DNA of 64,000 nt from Acetobacteraceae bacterium (GTDB lineage: Bacteria; Pseudomonadota; Alphaproteobacteria; Acetobacterales; Acetobacteraceae), in contig DATAPW010000030.1 of NCBI GenBank assembly GCA_036265005.1, positions 3,575 through 67,574 on the forward strand, written 5' to 3'. This document shows, piece by piece, positions 36,992-44,932 of the stretch. Numbering within the stretch: position 1 is the stretch's first letter; each line of letters begins with the position of its first letter. The notes beneath the pieces were generated by a model. It was given only the letters and a program-made list of their open reading frames with translations. It did not search any database and had not been told where the DNA came from. The position numbers were made by a program, and so were the translations under genes.

Positions 36992-37216
36992 GTGATGGCA
37001 CACCGATACCAGATTTTCTGCGCATCCGTGTTCCTGCTTGCGGGATGTGGGGCAAACGCCGAGGTCACCGCCGACCAGGGCAGCGGGGTCCGCGGCTATC
37101 TGTATCATGACGCCAACCACTCCAATCAGGTGGTCAGTCCTTCGCCCCAGGCCATTTACAACGGGACCCACGGCACGTGGCTGTGGCCACCGGCAGAAAA
37201 CGACCGGCCTGGCTAA
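36992..37216 (+). CDS. Small predicted lipoprotein (74 aa)
   Basis: MMAHRYQIFCASVFLLAGCGAN carries a lipobox (LAGC). I recognise no family. Confidence 0.5.
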   Translation: MMAHRYQIFCASVFLLAGCGANAEVTADQGSGVRGYLYHDANHSNQVVSPSPQAIYNGTHGTWLWPPAENDRPG

Positions 37217-37234
37217 CCGCCGTTGCGCCTTGGC

Positions 37235-37393
37235 ATGATCCGAAGGTTCCGGGCGCTCTGCGCCGTCATCATCGTGCTTGCGGGGTGCACCGCAGATCCC
37301 CGCGCGCCGGTCGTCCAGAGCAACGAGGTGAGCAGTTATTGGTTCAAGGACCAGGACCCGGCGAGATCTGCGGAACCTTCGTTGCCGCAGTAG
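37235..37393 (+). CDS. Small predicted lipoprotein (52 aa), not in the track
   Basis: My translation is MIRRFRALCAVIIVLAGCTADPRAPVVQSNEVSSYWFKDQDPARSAEPSLPQ*. It has the same LAGC lipobox. It starts 18 nt after the previous small gene. Confidence 0.45.
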   Translation: MIRRFRALCAVIIVLAGCTADPRAPVVQSNEVSSYWFKDQDPARSAEPSLPQ

Positions 37394-37407
37394 GGTCGGC
37401 AGCGCAG

Positions 37408-37435
37408 AATTGGCCTAACCAATTGATTTAATTGG
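37408..37435. promoter_or_regulatory. Phased AATTGG / CCAATT / AATTGG half-site array (candidate operator)
   Basis: AATTGG-cctaa-CCAATT-gattt-AATTGG, with half-sites exactly 11 bp apart. It is AT-rich in a GC-rich genome and lies about 260 bp upstream of the wHTH-STAND gene. Confidence 0.3.
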
Positions 37436-37691
37436 TGGACGCATACCAGCGAAGCCGCGCCAGCGGGATCGGGAGATCGTCACGCGCCACGCTGGGGAAC
37501 CTTCGTTCGGGGCGGGGTCCAGATCGGCTGCTGATCGGGACCTCTGTTCGGCAATTTCCAAAGCTATTTCAGCAAGTTGTCCGAGCTCCCGGCCGGATCC
37601 CACTCCGGCGCCGATTCGCAGGTTGACGCTACGCGGGGCGGATGCTCCATTTCCTGACAAGCTGATCTAACCCCCGTCGCAGGCCGATGGC

Positions 37692-40556
37692 ATGCCCTCC
37701 GACGATATTCGACCCGTCTACGCCTCGGGCGAGTGCGAGATTGATCTCGCTCGTCGCGAGCTTCGCGTCCTTGGTGCCCCCGTCCCGGTCGGTGGGCGCG
37801 CTTTTGAGATCATCGAAGTGCTGGCCCAATCGGCAGGGGAACTCGTCACCAAAGACGAGTTGATGGATCGCATTTGGCCAGGTGCGATCGTCATGGAAAA
37901 TACGCTTCAGGTTCATACGGCCGCAGTCCGCAAGGCGCTTGGTCCGTATCGGAATTTGCTGAAAACCGAGTCGCGCCGCGGCTATCGCCTGCTCGGCGAC
38001 TGGGCCGTCCGGCGCCACGACGCGGCAAGACCTCCAATCGGTCTCCAGCGGATGCGTATCGGCGGCGGGTCACCCGCAACCAACTTTCCTGCGCCCGTCA
38101 CGCACCTCATTGGCCGTTCGGCGGCGGTGGCGCGATTACAGGACCTCATCTCCGCCTATCGGGTGGTGACGCTGACAGGACCTGGCGGCATCGGTAAATC
38201 CAGCCTTGCACTGAAAGTTGCTCGCGGCGCCGTCAATCAGTTCACCGACGGCGGCTGGTTGGTCGAGCTGGCATCGTTGACCGATCCAGGCCTCGTTCCG
38301 TCCACGGTCGCCCACGTGCTTGGGCTGGCGCTGGGCGGCGGAGAGGTATCTGCCGAGGCTGTTGCGAGAGCCATCGGCAGGCAGCATCAGCTGCTGGTTC
38401 TCGACAATTGCGAGCACGTCATCGAGGCCGTCGCACACCTCGCGGAGACATTCGTGCGCCTGTGCCCGCACACGACAATTCTCGCAACCAGCCGCGAAGT
38501 GCTCCGGATCGAGGGCGAGCACGTCTACCGCGTGCCACCGCTCGATGTGCCGGCGGACGGCCAGGACGAACCGGACAGTATTCTAGGCCACGGCGCGGTG
38601 GAACTTTTTGTTACCAGGGCAAGAGCGCTGGGTTCGGGGCCGCCCAATGAGGATGATCTGTTGGCAATTGCGGCGATCTGCCGGCATCTCGACGGCATAC
38701 CGCTTGCCGTCGAATTCGCCGCGGCTCGCGCTGCCATCCTGGGCATCCAACTGGTTGCAAACGGCCTAGGCGATCGCTTCGCACTGTTGACCAGCGGGCG
38801 TCGCACCGCGCTCGCCCGGCACCGGACGCTGCGCGCCACGCTCGACTGGAGCTATCAGCTATTGCCCCCGGAAGAGCAGCGACTGCTGCGCCACCTGGCT
38901 GTGTTTCCGGCCGGGTTCACGCTCGGGGCTGCCGAAGCCGTAGGGACCGCCGCCGGTATCGCAGCACCGGTTGTGGTGGGGATCTCGAGCCTCACCGCCA
39001 AGTCTCTGCTTGATCGCGATGGTTCGGCGGCCATCACGCGATGGCGATTGCTCGAAACGACACGCGCCTACGCTTTGGAAGAATTGACCGCGAAAAATGA
39101 GCATCCGGCGGCAGCACGGCGCCACGCAGAGTACTTTCGTGACCTGATCGCCCCGGTAGCGACCAGCTCGATGCGGCTGAACGCTGACCAGGTCGCCCAC
39201 TACAGCCGCGAACTCGACAACGTTCGTGCCGCTCTCGACTGGGCGTTCTCGCCGGACGGCGATCATGATCTTGGAGTGGCTCTCACCGTCGCCATTGTGC
39301 CGCTGCTAATTCAGCTATCGTTGCTGAGCGAATGCCGTGAACGAACCGAGCGTGCATTAGGCATCCTGGAAAGCAATCCAGCGACGGCGGCGACGCGGAT
39401 GCGGCTTTCCGCCGCGCTTGGCTGGTCGCTGATGTACGGCGTCGGCCGCGCGCGGGAGACCGCGACGGCATGGGCCAGGACGCTTGAACTGGCGGAAATG
39501 CTGGACGACGCAGAATTTCGGCGGCATGCATTGTGGGGTCTGTGCATCGATCAGTTCAACACCGGCAATGTTCGCACCGCGCTGTCATATGCTGAACGAT
39601 TCGCCAGCCTCGTCAATGAATCCAGCAGTGCGATCGAACGGATGATGGCCGATCGTATCCTTGCCACGTCGCTGCATTATCTTGGCGATCAGATGCGCGC
39701 GCGTCACCACATCGATCGCGCGCTGACACACGATGCGTGGCAGCCGCCGGAATCGCGTACGGTAAGCGCTGGCTTTGACCTTCTGGTGTCGACGCACTAC
39801 TTCCAGGTGCGGATCCTGTGGCTGCAAGGCTTCGCCGAGAGGGCCGCTCGCGTGGTTGCACTGAATGTCGAAGAAGGTCAGGCGCTCCGGCAGGCTTTGT
39901 CCTTTTGCAGCGTACTGGGCCAGTCGGCATGCCCGATCACCTTGCTGTCCGGCGATCTCGACGAAGCCGAGCGATACGGCGTGATGTTACTTGAGCATAC
40001 CGAGCAGCATCCGATACGGCTTTGGAACATCTGGGCCCGGTGCTTCAATGGTCTGGTCATCGCGCGCCGCGGCGATGTCGAAAGAGGCGTGCGGGCATTG
40101 CGCGAGGGGCTGGAGCTGGCCGGCGAAGCCCAGCTCTTGCCTCGGTTCCTGCTGCTGCGTGGCGAGTATGCGCGACATCTCGGCGACGCCGGCGCGGTGG
40201 TCGAGGCGATCGAACTCGTCGACGGCATGCTGGCAGCCTGCGAAGCGCGAGACGAAGGCTGGTATGTGGCCGAGCTTCTGCGCATCAAGGCGGAGCTGCT
40301 GATGAAGCGTGGCAGCCGGAGCGCGGACGCCGATGCCGAAGCGCTGCTGCTTCGCTCAGTCGGCGAGGCGAACCGGCAGGGTGCACTCGCCTGGGAGCTG
40401 CGAGCTGCCACCAGCCTCGGGCGCCTTTGGGGCGGCTTGGGGCATCAGGCGGAGGCCCTCACGCTGCTGGCACCCGTCTACGCGCGATTCACCGAAGGCT
40501 TCGCAACAGCAGACTTGCGGACTGCCCGGGCCATGCTCGACAGCCTGAAGTCGTAA
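37692..40556 (+). CDS. wHTH (OmpR/CadC-type) - NB-ARC/STAND NTPase - TPR protein
   Basis: 954 aa. N-terminus: CEIDLARRELRVLGAPVPVGGRAFEIIEVL...LVTKDELMDRIWPG...ENTLQVHTAAVRKAL...RRGYRL (trans_reg_C-like). P-loop GPGGIGKS (nt 38178-38201), Walker B LLVLDNCEH, then TSRE. The C-terminal half is helical-repeat/TPR-like. Confidence 0.85.
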   Translation: MPSDDIRPVYASGECEIDLARRELRVLGAPVPVGGRAFEIIEVLAQSAGELVTKDELMDRIWPGAIVMENTLQVHTAAVRKALGPYRNLLKTESRRGYRLLGDWAVRRHDAARPPIGLQRMRIGGGSPATNFPAPVTHLIGRSAAVARLQDLISAYRVVTLTGPGGIGKSSLALKVARGAVNQFTDGGWLVELASLTDPGLVPSTVAHVLGLALGGGEVSAEAVARAIGRQHQLLVLDNCEHVIEAVAHLAETFVRLCPHTTILATSREVLRIEGEHVYRVPPLDVPADGQDEPDSILGHGAVELFVTRARALGSGPPNEDDLLAIAAICRHLDGIPLAVEFAAARAAILGIQLVANGLGDRFALLTSGRRTALARHRTLRATLDWSYQLLPPEEQRLLRHLAVFPAGFTLGAAEAVGTAAGIAAPVVVGISSLTAKSLLDRDGSAAITRWRLLETTRAYALEELTAKNEHPAAARRHAEYFRDLIAPVATSSMRLNADQVAHYSRELDNVRAALDWAFSPDGDHDLGVALTVAIVPLLIQLSLLSECRERTERALGILESNPATAATRMRLSAALGWSLMYGVGRARETATAWARTLELAEMLDDAEFRRHALWGLCIDQFNTGNVRTALSYAERFASLVNESSSAIERMMADRILATSLHYLGDQMRARHHIDRALTHDAWQPPESRTVSAGFDLLVSTHYFQVRILWLQGFAERAARVVALNVEEGQALRQALSFCSVLGQSACPITLLSGDLDEAERYGVMLLEHTEQHPIRLWNIWARCFNGLVIARRGDVERGVRALREGLELAGEAQLLPRFLLLRGEYARHLGDAGAVVEAIELVDGMLAACEARDEGWYVAELLRIKAELLMKRGSRSADADAEALLLRSVGEANRQGALAWELRAATSLGRLWGGLGHQAEALTLLAPVYARFTEGFATADLRTARAMLDSLKS

Positions 40557-40877
40557 CGTCATCGACTGATATCGGCGCCTGATGGCGTGACCCATGCACG
40601 GCTTCCATGACAGCGCGACACCGTCCCGCAAGGTGTCAGCGCCACTTCGGCCGCGCACCAGCGCTGGTCAGCGACCCTGCCAGGCCGGACTGTAATCAGG
40701 CGCTCGCTGCTCACAAGGCGCACAACACCGCGTCGGCGGGCTGGTCCTGGTTATCCGCCTGCGCCGGATCAGCGGGGTGCGCCGCGCGGAAGCAATCGCG
40801 TGCTGCACCCAGACTGGCCGGTCCTTCCTATCCGCTTGGCACACTTCCGTTGGCGCTGGCGTCAGTCAATGTGTGCC

Positions 40878-41381
40878 TTACCTGTTTGCTCTCACTGTCG
40901 TCACAACGTTGTTGGAAAGGCCGTCTGCTTCGGCCATTTCACGACCAACGGCTGACGCAGACATGTCCATGGTTGCCAGAACCGTGTAAATGTCAGCGAC
41001 CCGATGCAGCTCGAGTTGTTCCGCTGAACAGGTCGAACGGTCCGCCCGCAAGCGGTGATCGAGAGCGAGGGCCATGAGTTCCGCCGCGCTCGTCGCCGGT
41101 TTGATCAAGACGATTGGCACACAATACCTCACAGGTCAGTCGACACCTCCTTTACCGATATGGCGCGTCGGCGGCTTTGATCTGGATCAACCGGTCGTCA
41201 ATCGAAAGACCTTGAACTGGGAGTGCTCTGCATCGAGGGGAAGATATTCAGGTCGTCGCAACGTCGCGTCATGTTGATGGACAACGTGATCACCATCCTG
41301 CGCTAACTTGATGAGGCATGGATCTGATTCAAACGCGAGCGGCAGGAGTGGGGCGAATTCCTGCTTGTTGTGCCACGACAT
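40878..41381 (-). pseudogene. Nonsense-interrupted ORF of unknown family
   Basis: Track ORFs 41187-41381 and 40878-41132 are in the same frame and are separated by two in-frame TGA codons (...FRLTTG*SRSKPPTRHIGKGGVD*PVRYCVPIV...). A strong SD-like AAAGGAGGTG lies inside the gap. Third codon positions are not GC-rich. Confidence 0.4.
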
Positions 41382-41688
41382 GGGGATGGATGCCGTTGCG
41401 CGTCCGGCACGGAGGCAACCCGCTACTGACGTGAGTGTGTTATCGCCCGAATTGGCCTGGTGCCGGCATCAAGCCACCGCCTGATGGCATCCTGCGAACC
41501 TGGGCAATGAGCCGCGGTGCGGGCCGCTACCCGTCTGCGGGCCCATGTCGCGTCTTCGGTCCCACTCTCCAACGTTCCGGGCCGCCTCGCGTCCGCCGCT
41601 TCCCAAACAGCTTGTACGGCTGCGGCGTGCCTCCGCCCGAGCGCGCAATCCTCAGCCTTATACCGAGCCCTGCTGACCGGGACTCATT

Positions 41689-41779
41689 CCGTCATGGTCG
41701 GTGAAGGCTGGCCATCCACGCCTTTCTGGCCTGCTGCAACGAAAGACGTGGATAGCGGGGCAAAGACCCACCATGACGG
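41689..41779. repeat. 91-bp imperfect palindromic MITE/REP-like element
   Basis: The termini CCGTCATGGT...ACCATGACGG and the inner ATCCACG/CGTGGAT pair. One frame reads ...KTWIAGQRPTMT..., resembling the K-T-W-M-(A/P)-G-x-x-P-x-M-T pseudo-peptide of a repeat widespread in alphaproteobacteria (from memory). Confidence 0.6.
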
Positions 41780-41888
41780 CATTGTGTCGCGGTCACTGGG
41801 AGTTGGTAATAGCTATCGGCGGCTGTAAAGCCACTGGCCACGGGGAGTTGGTGGACGCAATTTTCCGAAGAAAATCAGTCCATTGGTC

Positions 41889-41964
<76 letters not shown>

Positions 41965-42035
41965 GCCAAGACGTCCCGCCACCGGCAGGGGCCGCGCTAT
42001 ACCAAGGGCACGCCCGCATGGGAAGGCCTCCGTCG

Positions 42036-43745
42036 CTACACCCCCGCCAGGATGGCGTCCGCACACTTCTCCGCCGTCATCAGCACCGGGAAGTTGGTGT
42101 TGGCGCACGGCACCACCGGGAAGATCGACGCATCGACCACCCGCAGCCCCTCCACCGCCCGCACCCGCCCGGCCGGGTCGGTCACCGCCATCGGATCGTT
42201 CTCCCTGCCCATCCGGCAGGTGCAGGAGGCATGCCACACCCCCACCGCCGCCTTGCGCACGAACGCCTCCAGTTGCTCGTCATCGCGCAGCAGGCCCTCC
42301 AGCGTGAACCCCTCCATGATCAGGTTCTTGATCAGGTAGCTGCGCAGGGCCGCCGGGCCGTCCAGCGCCTTTGCCAGCGCATCCGTCAGCCACTTGTTCT
42401 TCTTGCTCACCAATCCAACCTGGCGAACCTTGTCGCTATAGCTGGCCGGGAACGGATCGGTGGTCACCGACTGCATCGTCGGCGTCAGGTGCATTCCCCC
42501 GAAGCGCCGCACCCCGTCCATCATCCGCTCCAGGTCGCGTGGATCGGATAGCAGGTTGAAATCCACCGTCGGCTCATCGCGCCAGCTGGGCGACGCCAGC
42601 TTCACCTCGCCGGTCTCGGAGTAAGTCTTGTAGACCGTGATGATGAACGAGCCGATCTGCTCGCCCACCGCGTGCCACGAAGTCTTGTTGGTCACCACGG
42701 TGAACATGTCGCCGGGCGGGATGCAATCCAGCTCCGAGGAGTAGCGCAGCGCCAGATAGATGTGCCGCCGCGTATAATCGTTGACGATGCGTGCGTGCGG
42801 CTTGATGAACGCCGCCACCGCCACCGCCGGATGGTCCTGCAGGCGCTGGCCCACGCCTGGCACATTGGCCCGCACATCGATGCCCAGGTCGCGCAGATGC
42901 CCGGCCGGGCCGATGCCGGCACGCAGCAGATGCGCCGGCGAGTGGATGGCACCGGACGACAGGATCACCTCGCGGCCGCGAAACTCCGTCTCGCGCCCGG
43001 CCACCAGCGCCTTGACGCCGACGCAGCGCATGCCGTCGAACAGCAGCGTGCTCACCTGCGTGTCGGTGGAAATTGTCAGGTTCTCGCGCATGCGCGTGCC
43101 GGGATCGAGATAGCCGATCGCCGCCGAAACCCGTCGTTCATAGACATTGGAGATGGTGATCGGAAAGTAACCGTCGCGGAAGTCCGCGTTCTGGTCGATC
43201 AGGAAATCGTAGCCGGCGGCCTTGAATGTCTCACCCGCGGCCTTGGCATGTTCCGGCCACAGATCAGGGAAAATTCGCCGGACCGGAATGCGGCCTTCGT
43301 TGCCGTGCCATGGACCGTCGAAGTCCATGTCGCGCTCGACCTTCTTGAAGAACGGCAGCACGTTGTCCCAGTTCCACCCGGTCGCACCGCGTGCGTGCCA
43401 CTCGTCGTAGTCGGTCGGCGCACCGCGATTGGCCAACTGGCCGTTGATAGACGAACCGCCGCCCAGCACGCGCGCCTGCTCGTAGGTGCGCAATTTCGGC
43501 CGCGGTTCATCAGGCCGGTTGTGCGGGATGACCTCGGTGGTGACCTTCAGCGCCGACCAGGTATAGGCCGGGTTCAAGTACGCCGTGCCCGGATACGAAT
43601 CGAGGATCGCCGCCGGCACCTTGCCATGCGGCGTATCCTGTCCCGCCTCCAGCAGCAGCACCTTGTTGGCACTGCGCGCCGACAACCGGTTCGCCAGCAC
43701 CGAACCGGCAGAGCCGCCGCCGACGATGATGTAATCGAACTGCAT
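42036..43745 (-). CDS. GMC-family FAD oxidoreductase (choline-dehydrogenase-like)
   Basis: MQFDYIIVGGGSAGSVLANRLS...LLLEAG at the N-terminus and HASCTCRMG...VVDASIFP at the C-terminus. Confidence 0.9.
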   Translation of the reverse strand: MQFDYIIVGGGSAGSVLANRLSARSANKVLLLEAGQDTPHGKVPAAILDSYPGTAYLNPAYTWSALKVTTEVIPHNRPDEPRPKLRTYEQARVLGGGSSINGQLANRGAPTDYDEWHARGATGWNWDNVLPFFKKVERDMDFDGPWHGNEGRIPVRRIFPDLWPEHAKAAGETFKAAGYDFLIDQNADFRDGYFPITISNVYERRVSAAIGYLDPGTRMRENLTISTDTQVSTLLFDGMRCVGVKALVAGRETEFRGREVILSSGAIHSPAHLLRAGIGPAGHLRDLGIDVRANVPGVGQRLQDHPAVAVAAFIKPHARIVNDYTRRHIYLALRYSSELDCIPPGDMFTVVTNKTSWHAVGEQIGSFIITVYKTYSETGEVKLASPSWRDEPTVDFNLLSDPRDLERMMDGVRRFGGMHLTPTMQSVTTDPFPASYSDKVRQVGLVSKKNKWLTDALAKALDGPAALRSYLIKNLIMEGFTLEGLLRDDEQLEAFVRKAAVGVWHASCTCRMGRENDPMAVTDPAGRVRAVEGLRVVDASIFPVVPCANTNFPVLMTAEKCADAILAGV

Positions 43746-43747
43746 GC

Positions 43748-44119
43748 TCAGCGCGTCTCGGTGTGGAAGGTCTTCGATACGATGCGCCAGCCCCCGGCTA
43801 GCTTCACGAATGTCAGGTAGTCGGTGAAGTAGAGTGGCGGGATCTGGCAGTGCACCTTCGCGAACGCGGTGGTCGGGCCGGAGCGGTCGATCTGCACCAC
43901 CCAGTCATGTCGCTTCAGGTCCTGCACCTGTGGCGACTTGCGGCTGCGCACGATGTCGAACCAGTGCTCACGCGACCAGTCCGTCAGCTTGCCGTCGGTC
44001 ACGCCGAACAGATGCGCGACGTCATGGAACACGCTGCCCAGCTTGTCGGTATCGCCCTCGTACATGCCATCGAAGTAGGTCTGCAGTGCCTGCTCGATCT
44101 GGTTCAGATCGGATGCCAT
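43748..44119 (-). CDS. NTF2-like / putative lumazine-binding family protein
   Basis: 123 aa. The pattern IEQALQTYFDGMYEGDTDKL...W.IVSKTFH matches the SnoaL/NTF2-like families as I recall them. It ends 2 nt before the GMC start. Confidence 0.55.
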   Translation of the reverse strand: MASDLNQIEQALQTYFDGMYEGDTDKLGSVFHDVAHLFGVTDGKLTDWSREHWFDIVRSRKSPQVQDLKRHDWVVQIDRSGPTTAFAKVHCQIPPLYFTDYLTFVKLAGGWRIVSKTFHTETR

Positions 44120-44146
44120 CGGTTCCTCCGGTTCGCTGTGGAATGA

Positions 44147-44860
44147 TCACACGCCCAGCTTCGTCGCCATGTCCTCGAGATCCGTTGCCACAACATCCCA
44201 CTCCTGGTCGGCGGCATAATCGCGCTTCTGGTGCGGGCCATATTCCGTCGGCCGCGGGAAGAACCCGGTCATCAGGCCGCATTTCCGCGCGTTCGCCAGA
44301 TCGTTGTTGTGCGCCGCGCCCAGCATCACCTGGCCCGGCTCCAGGTCCAGCAGCTTCGCCACGCCTAGGTAGGTCTCCGGATCCGGCTTGAAATGCCCGA
44401 ACAGGTCGGAGCCGAACACCAGGTCCCACGGAATGCCCGAATGCTTCGCCATCTTGGTCAACAGCGCCACGTTGCCGTTGGATAGCGGCCCGATGATGAA
44501 TTTCCGTTTCAGCCGGGTCAGTCCGGGCACCGCATCCGGCCATGGCTTCAGCCGATGCCAGCCCAGGTTGATGTGTCGCAGATCGTCTTCACTCAGCCCC
44601 TTGATGCCGAACTGCGCCACCAGCATGTCGAGCGACGCGCGATGCAGGTTGTCCAGCGTGGTCCACGGCTGCTCGCCCTTGCGCACCCGATCCATCGATG
44701 GGTGGTACGCCGCGCGCCAGGCATCCACCAGCGCAGTCCAGTCGGCGGCGATGCCACGCTCGCGCCCGAACCCGGTCAGTTCGGCAATCAGGCTGCCGCG
44801 CCAATCCACCACGGTGCCAAACGTATCGAACACGATCGCGACCGGTTGCTTGCCTGCCAT
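44147..44860 (-). CDS. Haloacid dehalogenase type II / HAD-superfamily hydrolase
   Basis: The nucleophile motif IVFDTFGTVVDW, SNGN and a FKPDPETY...HNNDL pattern. Confidence 0.8.
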   Translation of the reverse strand: MAGKQPVAIVFDTFGTVVDWRGSLIAELTGFGRERGIAADWTALVDAWRAAYHPSMDRVRKGEQPWTTLDNLHRASLDMLVAQFGIKGLSEDDLRHINLGWHRLKPWPDAVPGLTRLKRKFIIGPLSNGNVALLTKMAKHSGIPWDLVFGSDLFGHFKPDPETYLGVAKLLDLEPGQVMLGAAHNNDLANARKCGLMTGFFPRPTEYGPHQKRDYAADQEWDVVATDLEDMATKLGV

Positions 44861-44932
44861 TGGCGTTTCTCCCGTTGCCTGTGACCTCCAGCCAAGCGGT
44901 GCGCGCCGCCCAGGTCAAGCCGCGTCCGCGCG

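Noticed and set aside
37692-40556. The STAND protein as an Avs-type antiphage defence protein
   Set aside because: Avs and related defence STANDs carry an enzymatic or membrane effector domain at the N-terminus. Here the N-terminus is an OmpR/CadC-type DNA-binding winged helix, and no effector gene is adjacent. The idea is kept only as a low-probability alternative in the finding.
41133-41186. In-frame TGA codons in the broken ORF as selenocysteine or programmed readthrough
   Set aside because: There are two TGA codons within 18 codons. No SECIS-like hairpin is evident immediately downstream, the family is not a known selenoprotein family, and the surrounding DNA looks decayed. Simple nonsense mutations are more parsimonious.
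36853-41888. Calling the tRNA-Lys islet an active genomic island or prophage
   Set aside because: There is no integrase, excisionase, transfer or phage genes, and I could not find an att-like direct repeat of the tRNA 3' end by eye. Only a compositional and decay argument remains, so it is reported as a putative remnant.
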